DNA of 64,000 nucleotides from Octopus vulgaris (Eukaryota): NCBI GenBank assembly GCA_951406725.2, contig OX597819.1, positions 22,382,001 to 22,446,000 of the forward strand, read 5' to 3'. Shown piece by piece: positions 54,332 to 64,000 of this stretch (position 1 is its first letter; each line of letters starts with the position of its first letter). The notes under the pieces were generated by a model. It saw only the letters and a program-made list of their open reading frames with translations, ran no database searches and was not told where the DNA came from. The position numbers and the translations under genes were made by a program.

Positions 54332-56025
54332 TTCTATGTTTGACTTTTGCTTTATGTCTATACAAGTTGGCTCCAAGTCTCACCCAGAGACCTCAAGAGA
54401 CAACAGGTTGGAAGTTCACCTTGTTGTTATGCCTAGTGTGCCATATATTTGGGGGTTTATTTTGGGTGTTGTACTAGTGAATGTCTAATACAAAAAAAAA
54501 GAAGTTTTAAACCTTGGGATTACATAGAGAGTATTTTGCGTAGGATATGAGCAGTTCCCATGAGCACTATCTTTTGAATTTCTGCCATTTTTGGGTTTCC
54601 TGGTATCTGAGTTAGGTAGCAATCAGTCCCTTTCGCTATCATTCCCAGGGCACCTATGACAACAGGTATTGTTTTAGTCTTCAGGTTCCACATTTTGCTG
54701 GTTTCTATTTCAAGATCTTTATATTTGCTCAGTTTTTGGTAGGTCTTGACAGATAGTTTATATCGATTGGGACAGTCATATCAATGAGGAGGCATGTTCT
54801 TTGTTTGAAGTCTTTCAATATGATGTCTGGCCTATTTGCATCTATCTTTCTGTCAATTTGAACGGTGAAGTTCCAGAGGAGTGAGATGTGGTCATTTTCA
54901 AGCACTAGAGGTGGATTGTGTTCCCACCAGTTTTTTTCATGGGGCAAATCCAGGTTTTTGCAAATTACCCAGTGAATATATTGTGCAGCTCTATCATGCC
55001 TGTTGAGGTACTCTGTAGGCGCTAGAAGACTGCATTTGGAGACAACATGATCAATGGTTTCATTTTGTTGTCGGCATACACGACATGTTGGGCTACTGAC
55101 GTTCTTTAATATGTTGGCCTGGTAGTTTCTTGTTGGTAGGCATTGATCTTGAGCTGCTATGATAAACCCTTCTGTTTCAGATTTTAAGCCAGAGGTCATT
55201 AGCCATTGATGGGTCAGGGCTTTGTCAATATCAGCATTATTCGCTCTCTTTGGGTATTTACATTAGAGAAGTTTTTCTTGCCATTTATTATTCAGAATAT
55301 CTAAGGCCGCAGTTTTGGCACGGGTTTTCATGCGCCTAGCTTTTTCTGTGCTTGTTTCTTGTATATCTATCTCTAATTCCGAAATTGGTTGTATTCGGGA
55401 TTCACTTAGATATTCCTTTGCCTGTTTTGTTACTGAGTATGATGCTTTCTTGTTTTCATGTTTTGAGACAAGTTTTAACATCCAGTCCTCAGAGAGTTTC
55501 AGGTAGGTGTCTAGGCCAATTGTAGCAATCTTGCCAGTTGCAAAAGACCACGGCCTCCCTCTTTTCTTGGCAGATAAAGTCGTTCTGTATCTGCCTTAAG
55601 GTGGTGCATTCTATGCATTGTCAACAGTTTTCTTATTTTTCTGTCGAGCTGACATATTTCAGTAATTGACCAGTTAACGATATTGAAACTAAGTCACGAC
55701 TGGTATGGCTAATGCATTGATCGCTTCGATCCTGTTTCTTGCATTCAGCTCTGTCTTGAGTATTGCTCTCACTCTTCGATAGCATTCTCTCCTTATCCTT
55801 TCCTTCATCTCTGAATGCCTTATTCCGTTCCCTTCAATTACCCCTAGGCACTTGTAGCTCTCCGCTGGGTCTAACTCTATTATGACATTCTGCTGGTCAA
55901 GGTTAACGTTAGATGTTTCTGACATTTTTCCTTTGATAAAAGTAGCTTTTGCACATTTATCGAGGCCGAATTGCATTCTGATGTCGTCACTGAATTGTTT
56001 GACTATCGCTAGTAAGCCCTTGAGT
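54332..56025 (-). mobile_element. 5'-truncated copy of the second R4/Dong family
   Basis: Highly similar to 49556-51205; FGLDKCAKATF, ETEGFIIAAQDQ, CRVC..HVVSKC; bounded by (TTA)n. Confidence 0.9.
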
Positions 56026-56048
56026 TGTTATTATTATTATTGTTATTA

Positions 56049-56087
<39 letters not shown>

Positions 56088-56088
<1 letters not shown>

Positions 56089-59000
56089 TTTTTTTTTTCT
56101 TCTTTCAAATTTTCTTCCATTTCTTGCCGAGCGTCTTCCCGACTCCTAGGGCAAAGAAACTCATAGTGTATATTGGTAGGCCACTAAACCAAACTCAGAA
56201 GTTCGTTCATTTTTTTAAAGTTAGATTAAAATACATGAGCAGCAACAGTTCTCACATCGACAATGCTCTTCTCAATACGTGTGATGTACCAGTTAAGACA
56301 ATCTTTTGCACTTCTTGCAGGGATGGTAAGCCAGGGATCATTCTCATATAATTTTCGGTTCCCTTCTTGATCATTCCTAGTGCTCCTACGATCACTGGTA
56401 TTGTAACCGCCTTGAGACGCCACATTTTCTCAATTTCAATGAGTAGGTCTTTATATTTTCTGAGCTTGTCAAACTCTTTCGCTGAGATATTATGATCACA
56501 GGGGATGCTCATGTCGATCAATAAGCCAACTTTATTGTTTTGGTCTTTCACAACAATATCTGGTTTATTGGCCTTGATGGTTCGGTCTGTATGTACTGGA
56601 AAGTCCCACACAATGGTTACATTTTCTCCTTCAGTTACAGCCTCAGGGTGGTGATTATACCACTTGTCGGCAGTTTTGATATTGTAATGCCGACTTATTA
56701 GCCAGTGGAGATATTGGCCAACTCTGTCATGTCTTAATTTATACTCCACTGGTGCTAAGACTTTACATCCAGAGATTAGGTGGTCCACTGTTTCAATCAT
56801 GTCGTTGCAGAATCGGCATTTTGGGTCTGCTCCATTTTTCATCACATTGGCCTGGTAGTTCCGGGTTAATAGGCTTTGGTCTTGAGCAGCCAGGATGAAA
56901 CCTTCGCTCTCTGCTTTTAGCCCTGAGCTCCGCAGCCACTGATGGGTTTGCTTCTGGTCAACATCAGCTTGTTTGCTGCGGGTCACATATTTGCCGTGCA
57001 GAGGTTTCTCCTCCCACCTATCAGCCAATTGCTCGTGCGCTTTTTTCATTGCCATCATTTTCACCTTCTTTGCAACAATAGTTGCCATACTTCCCTCGGG
57101 TTGTTCAGTTTGGGTATCCTGCACGAGATCAATAGCAAATGTCTTGCTTTCCTTGATGATAGAATGAAGCTTCTTTCGTCTCTCGTGATTTTCCACGAGC
57201 TTTAGCATCCAGTCATTCGATATTTCGAGATATTTGGCCAGTCTAATTGTGGTTGTTTTGTAAGCTAGTTCAAATTGGATCAGGCCTCGACCTCCTTGGG
57301 CTCTGGGAAGGTAAAGGCGATCTACGTCTGCCTTTGGGTGGTGCATCCTATTACAACTCAGCAGCTTGCGTATTTTTCTATCTATATTCTTTACTTCACT
57401 CATATTCCAGTTCAACACATTGTAGCTATAAGTAACAACTGGAACTGCTAAGGAATTTATAGCTAACACCTTGTTACGTGCATTTAGTTCAGATTTCAGG
57501 ACTGCACGCACTCTCCTATAACATTCCTTCCTGATTTTCTCTTTCATGCTTGCATGCTGAATACCAGAGCCTTCATTTATCCCTAAATATTTGTATGTCT
57601 GTTCTTGCTCAAGCTCTCTTATTACTGTGTCAACATCTAACACGACTGAATTTGTGGTCTTCACTTTCCCTTTCTGGAAAGTGGCCTTGGCACACTTCTC
57701 AAGTCCAAACTCCATCCCGATGTCATCGCTGAATGCTTTCACGGTGCGCAATAGGCCTTCAAGTTCATTATTGTCTTTACCATAAAGTTTTAAGTCATCC
57801 ATATAAAATAGATGGCTTATTTTGTTATTGGCAATTTTATACCCATACCCTGTTCTGTTTAATTCACTTGTAAGGGGTATTAGGGCTATGCAGAATATTA
57901 AAGGTGAAAGTGAGTCACCTTGAAAAATTCCACAGTTGATGTTTATATTTTCTGAGGCAAGTACTCCATTAGAGTGGTATAATTGGAGATTCGTATTCCA
58001 CAACGACATATTGTGCTTCAGGAAGTTTGAAATCACAGGGGAAATTTTGAAGATGTCCATCGATCTCAAGATCCATGGATGCGGTATACTGTCGAAGGCC
58101 TTTTTATAGTCAATCCATGCAGTGCTGAGATTTCTGCGCTTGTTGTGACAGTTCTCAAGGATCATACGATTGATTAGCAGTTGATCTTTGCATCCGTAAG
58201 AGCCTCGGCGGCACCCTTTTTGTTCAGTGGGGAAAATATCGTTTTTCTCCATGAATGCATATTTTTTTTTCCGCCAGGATAGATGTTAGGATTTTATACG
58301 TGGTGGATAGACAGGTTATAGGCCGATAGTTTTTTAGAAGGTTGGTTTCGTTATTCTTTGGGATTAGGTAAGTAATGCCACTTGCTAACCATTCAGGTGT
58401 TTTCTTTGGGTCTCTCCAAATTCCATTGAGCAGCTGAACTAGCTTACCGTGTGCGCACGGGAGCGATGCGAGCCAGAAATTCGGCACCCTATCTTTACCT
58501 GGGGATTTCCAATTATGGGCCTTCGTGAGTGCCTTTCTTTGGTCTGCTATTGTGATGTCTCCCCATGCTTGTTGTTGTAAATTTTGGTAGGATCCTTCAG
58601 TTTGTATAATCCAGTCTGCATTTATGTTGTACGTCTTCTTGTCACTCTAAATCCTTTCCCAAAAGTTTTGAACTTCTTCCATGGGAGGGGGGTCTTTAAC
58701 GGTTACTTTCTCCTTCCCTATTTCTCTGTAGAATTTTTTGGCATTGGATGTGGACAGCTTATTTTGCTTGTAAAACTTGTTTCTCTTCTCAAATCTTCGT
58801 ATTCTTTGGGCTTTTGCTTGGACTTTTTGTTTCAGCGTTTCTTTTATTGATATCAGTTCTTCTCTTGGTGAGGATCCAAATTTTCTCTTCATCTTTCTTC
58901 CTGTTCTGGATCTTACATCATTTCCACATATTAGTTCATTTAATATTGATATTTCCCCTCTCATAAATTCAATCTCTTTTTCAATTTTACTTCTCCAGGT

Positions 59001-60052
59001 TTGATTTCTTCCCAGGTTTGGTTTTCTTTGTTTTTTCGGGGGCATACAGCTGGTTTCAATTGCCCTAGCAGAAGCGTAAATAATTTCATTTAACTCAGTA
59101 AAATCAGGTTTTAATTCTCGTATTATTTCATTTGTTACATAGTTGCCAATTTGGATTTGTTTTTTATTTTGGTTTGTATTTGAGAGTTTATGAAGCGGTT
59201 CTCTATCATTCATACTTGTATGTCTTACAACTTCAAGCGTATTCAGGATTTTCTGCCTCATTTCTGCCATAGACTCTCTGTGTTCTTCAGCAAATGCGAG
59301 ATCTTCAGTTACTGTTGTTTTTTCGTTTTCCTGGCTATCTTTAACAGGTACAATAGAATTTCTTGTATCTTCAGGCCTTTGCGTACTTTGGTCAGATGGC
59401 AGTCTTTCAATTAAGCCTCGTGGCGGGCTATACTGTTCATCTGATTCTTCATTTCCTTTGTGTCTTATATTTATGTCATTTTCCGTTGCGTGCTTGATCG
59501 CGCTTATTTCACTGTCTGTGAGTCTGTTATTTCTAAAGATATCCCTCCTCACATTTGCTAATTTGTTCTCGTCCAAATAGGGCCTACTGTCTTGATTCCG
59601 TGTTCTCCATATACTGTAAGAGTTTGCGGTGTGTCTCTCTTGAGATGGCCTACCTAATGCATAGTAATAAGCGTATATTACTTCTTTATACTCTTCTCGG
59701 GTCCATTTGTTCCGCTTACATTTTTCTTTCTGTGGTGGTTGTGGTGGTGAACTTGGAGGGCTCGAGTTGGGGGATTTCCCGTTCAAGTGACCATCCATGT
59801 CCGTATTCGGAGAAGAGTTTGTGCCAGTTGATGACTTTTCGATCCCAGGCTGGCTCTTCCCTGGGGGACGCGCTTCCAGATTAACCATAGGACAAGCGAT
59901 TTGGTATACTGATTTAGTTTTCCTTTTAGTTTCCAAAAACATTTTGGTGCTACGATAATGTTATCATTTTTTAGCTTTGATTGGCTCGTGGGGAGACGGC
60001 CATCATTGCCGTTACAATTATAATCGTACCATTATAGCAGCCGTAGTCGGCT
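56088..60052 (-). mobile_element. Near-intact full-length R4/Dong-type site-specific LINE (RT, zinc knuckle, restriction-like endonuclease)
   Basis: ORFs 58647-59942, 58224-58487 and 56252-58252 join into one reading frame broken by one stop (58647) and one frameshift at the T run 58262-58270; YMDD, CRFC..HLISGC, RHD, KPDIVV..LIDMSIP..K motifs; TAA/TTA arrays at both ends. Confidence 0.95.
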
Positions 60053-60487
60053 TATTATTGTTATTATCTTCACCATTACCATCACTATCATCATTATCAC
60101 CACCATTACCATCATCATTATCATCATCATCATCACCATCACCACCATCATCATCAATGATATTGTTTTATGTGTAGTCACAGCAGTATCTTATTATTGT
60201 TATTAATGTTTTTTTTTATCATTATCACCATCACAGTAGTGTCTGTCTGTCTCGTTGGCTGGCTTGGTGGTTGGCTGGCTGACTGTCTTCAATGCCAGAG
60301 TTCTTGCCTGTCAAATAATACTTTCATATTTGGTTAACAATAGAGCCGAGGTGAGGTCTGTGTGTGTGTGTGTGTGTAGATAGATAAATAGAATATCAGC
60401 ACTATTACTATCTTTTTTTTTTTTTTTTTTTGGTGGGGTCAAAAAAAGTTCAGATGTTTACTACTATTAGCCTTAAGAAAAATTAAG

Positions 60488-61410
60488 GAAGGGCTGTTCT
60501 GTATTGTTTGTGAATAGAGAAGTTGTGTTCGACCAGAGAGAATCTTAGCATCATCATTTTTTTCCCATGTGCGTTTGTGTAATTGCAATAAAAAGTGTTT
60601 GTATATTTCGTGTAAGGTAATATTGTGGAGGTTGAAGTTGACTTTTCTAGAGATGTTTGTATGTCCAGTTAGAAGAACAGGTGTGTTTTTGCAATAAAAA
60701 GTATATGTTTACATTTATATTTGAATATTCAGGGAGGAAGCAAAGAAAAGTCAGATTTTCATAGAAAGTTTTACGGTTTTGAAAGTCCACAAAAAGAAAA
60801 GCGTGATGTTTTTAGAGAGAAGAAAAAAAAAAGGATGTTTACAGAGGCAATTGTGGGTATCAAAGTTTTTAAAGCTGGTCGAATGTATGATTGAAAACTG
60901 TAGATATGTAAATTTGTAAATTTTCTTAACTTATTTTGAAGGGCTGTTCTGTATTATTTGTGAATAGAGAAGCTGTGTTCGACCAGAGAGAATCTTAGCA
61001 TCATTATTTTTTCCATGTGTGTTTGTGTTATTGCAATAAAAAAGTGTTTGTATATTTCGTGCAAGGTAATATTGTGGAGGTTGAAGTTGACCCCTCTAGA
61101 GATGTTTGTATGTCCAGTTAGAAGAACAGGTGTGTTTTTGCAATAAAAAGTATATGTTTACATTTATATTTGAATATTCTGGGAGGAAGCAAAGAAAAGT
61201 CAGATATTCATAGAAAGTTTTAGGGTTTTGCAAGTCTACAAAAAGAAAAAAAGAAAAGCGTGATGTTTTTAGAGAGAAGAAAAAAAAGAAAGAAAGAAAA
61301 AAGGGTGCTTACAGAGGCAGTTGTGGGTATTAAAGTTTTTAAAGCCGATCGGATGTATGTTTGAAAGCTGTAGATACGTAAATTTGTAAATTTCTTAACC
61401 CACTTTGAAG
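60488..61410. repeat. ~450 bp tandem direct duplication
   Basis: gaagggctgttctgtatt.tttgtgaatagagaag starts at 60488 and again at 60938; the units align over their length. Confidence 0.9.
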
Positions 61411-61459
61411 AGAATTTCAAATACTCACGAGGTATTGTAGATGTTCCAGTCTTTGAGAG

Positions 61460-61531
<72 letters not shown>

Positions 61532-61913
61532 GCTTTCTTAGCTTTAGTTTTTAGCAAACAACGCCTATACTGAAACCTGAAATCCAGTTTGTCTTATACT
61601 TTATGCGATATATCAGTTCACACCAAAACCTTTTGGTTTGCCCAAACCACGCCTTTGATTATGAAAAACCGTTGTAGAAGTACGTACCTGTTCGTTGAAT
61701 TGGTTTCAATATATTCTTCACACGTATTTGTTTTATGGAGGCAGAACTGAGAAAAGAGGTAAACGATATTTGAATTAGAAGGAAGCCAAAATTATGATCT
61801 CGCTTGATATTATTGGAACCATCTTTACCTATGCTAACTTATAATAAATCTGTCTTGTAAAATATCTAATATTCGTTAGTGGAAACTATTATAATGTATG
61901 TATTTTTCTTTAG

Positions 61914-62048
61914 ATTGTCAGGGATGTGTCGACGGCTTTTATTGCCGTGATTATGGAGAAAAATGGTTGGAAAAGGTATACGAAACGTGTACCCAGAATT
62001 ATTGCAGCAAGTTGGATGGTGAAATGATAATAAATACAACACGATTGT
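61914..62048 (+). CDS. Gene B coding exon 2: Cys-rich module 1 (NCQGCVDGFYCRDYGEKWLEKVYETCTQNYCSKLDGEMIINTTRL); gene continues beyond the window
   Basis: Acceptor tttttctttag|, donor TTGT|GTAAGT at 62049; 135 nt, phase 1-1, open; two in-frame 3-nt indels relative to gene A; both flanking introns homologous to 19200-19910. Confidence 0.9.
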
Positions 62049-62879
62049 GTAAGTTGACATAAAAATTTTCATTTCCTCTCTTCACTACGTGTTTTGATGT
62101 AACAAAGTTCCAACGAAGGTTTATATTAGCTTCGTTTTGAATACGATATACGTTGTTCGGTAACTGTTAATTACTGTCCTTCTGCCAGCATTAATTGTGA
62201 GTTTAATGGACCCTAGCTCCCACACAGTTATACCAACCTCAGTAAACGACGGATTCTTAGATGATTGAACTTAATTGACGAAATGTAACGTAATATAAAC
62301 CAACAAAGTAGGGCTAGATGTGAGTGCGTAAAGAAATGTATCTAAATGACGCAAAGCATTTTGGAAGGCGCACTAACTTTTCTGGTAGGCTGGTAGAATC
62401 TTTAGCACGTTAAACAAAATGCTTAGCGGCATTTCTCCCGGATCCTGAACTTATATACCGCTAAGTTCAACTTTAACTTTTACTCCGTCAAGGTCGAAAA
62501 TTGAGGTACTAGTTAAATACTGCAATCGCTGAAATTTACTGGTTGCATCCCCTCAAAAATTGCTCGAATGAAAACCTGTAACGGATATATCGCCCTTTCA
62601 CGGTGATCTTGGTAATTTAAATGCCATGGAAACAGGGTAACCGGTGTTATGAATCCTTAGGCTAAAGACAAATAGAATAAATGTTTCTTATATTTCAATG
62701 CTTATCTTGAATTATAAGTTACCTGCCTAGAATGTTTGAAAGAATGAGCTTTTTTGAGAATTTTAAATCTATATTTTTATCTGTAGGTATCATCAGTTAA
62801 CATCAGCACGAGGTTCCGCTCAAAAGGTCGTAGGCTTACTAAGATATATCCTCCTGGAATGTGAACAAATGAAGTTGGT

Positions 62880-63960
62880 TTCCCAACATAGTTCCCCTTT
62901 CCATCAACACACTTATTCCATCGCTGCTGCAGTCATTGGATCCCATTGCTGAAAAAGCTTTTAGTCTTTTGGTCCAAAAGCCATCAACAACATACATGAT
63001 AGCACTTATCTACACAGCGATATGTTTTTACTTCATGTTGGAGAAGAGGTGAAAGTCGGATGGGGCGAAAATGGGGGAATAGGGAGGATGATCAACCAGT
63101 TCAAGGCCACATTCACAAGAGCCATTAAATGCTATGACTTGTGTGTTGGAGCAATATCCTGATGAATCATGTCCACTTTCTTCAACTTTCTTTGGGCTGA
63201 AGTCTTGATAGCCTTTCGTAACCATCTCAACAAGTTGGCCTAGTACTCTCCATCAATGTTGTGTCCCTTTTGATGATAATAAATAAAATTCTTGACATTT
63301 GCATTCCCAAATTTGAAGATTTCTCCTCCTTTGCAGATGAAAAAACGTTGTCATATTTGGAGTAGGCAACGTTGGGTGTCTCCACAAAGCGGATTTTTTG
63401 TTGTTGCCTCATGCATTGTCTCATTATCTCCCCAAGTACTGAACCCAATACTACTCCTGGGTCAGGAAACGTTCAAAGAAACCAGCTGGGTGTGCCTCTA
63501 ATAATATCATATTTTCCTGTGATGATATGAGCCGGACCGACCAGATATCTTTTTTCCTGCAAAGTCCATCACGCAGAATATGCTCAAATCTCTCATGGTG
63601 AATGCGAATAGCATTGTTTATTTGAGTTATAGTCATTTGGCATTTAACCATCAGCATGTGGTGGACACAATCAATGTTTTCCTCGGTAATGGCAGCTGCA
63701 GGATCATCTTTACTGTTCTCTGTTACCCTCCTAAGTTCAGCTCACCACTTTTGTACTGTAAGTTGATAAAACATGGATGGTTATCCACTAATGTAAGAAT
63801 TGCTGGATTACCATGGAGGCTAAACCTTTTCTTCTGCAAGAACTTGATACTAGATTTTATCCATGTTCAAAAGAAGTCTCGACTTGTGAAAGTCTTCTTT
63901 GAATAGTCAGATGAGAGTTGACTTGAACGCCAAAGAAACAACAAAACAAACAGTTCACTC
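62880..63960 (-). mobile_element. Mariner (Mos1/SETMAR-like) transposase remnant
   Basis: GLELVDHPPYSPIFAPSDFHLF is the mariner YSPDLAPSD motif; upstream pieces (MTITQI..HILRDGL..FFERFLTQE) fit the N-terminal part. Confidence 0.85.
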
Positions 63961-64000
63961 ATTATTATGAAAAGTTGAAATGGATGCATGCAAAACTTCA

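Noticed and set aside
59960-60052. HDV-like ribozyme at the 5' end of the Dong element (also considered at the RTE 5' UTR, 22020-22140)
   Set aside because: Plausible by analogy with R2, R4 and RTE elements, but I could not build the nested double pseudoknot by eye; needs a covariance-model search.

Overview
AT-rich, repeat-saturated metazoan genomic DNA. The SINE, LINE and microsatellite repertoire looks like an octopod cephalopod (inferred from recalled repeat sequences, not a database result). Most of the window is transposon debris: R4/Dong-type restriction-endonuclease LINEs stacked in (TAA)n arrays (one nearly intact, 56088-60052), CR1/L2-type and RTE LINEs, Penelope-like elements with hammerhead ribozyme motifs, two Helitron remnants, Tigger, mariner and hAT remnants, tRNA-derived SINEs and many microsatellites. 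Hidden in this, and largely missed by the ORF track because it is spliced, is a tandem pair of + strand genes for small secreted cysteine-rich proteins. Gene A is apparently complete: TATA/Inr, non-coding exon ~2849-2889, coding exons 5315-5384, 19592-19732, 24530-24680 and probably 24901-24985. Gene B runs off the window end: non-coding exon ~39051-39091, coding exons 48222-48294 and 61914-62048. The proteins are built from an exon-encoded module C-x5/6-C-x6-W-x7/8-C-x4-C. Between the paralogs the mature-peptide exon differs almost only at amino-acid-changing sites, while the Cys codons and the adjacent intron are nearly identical, as in toxin or effector gene families. All alignments and counts were done by eye; no function is established.
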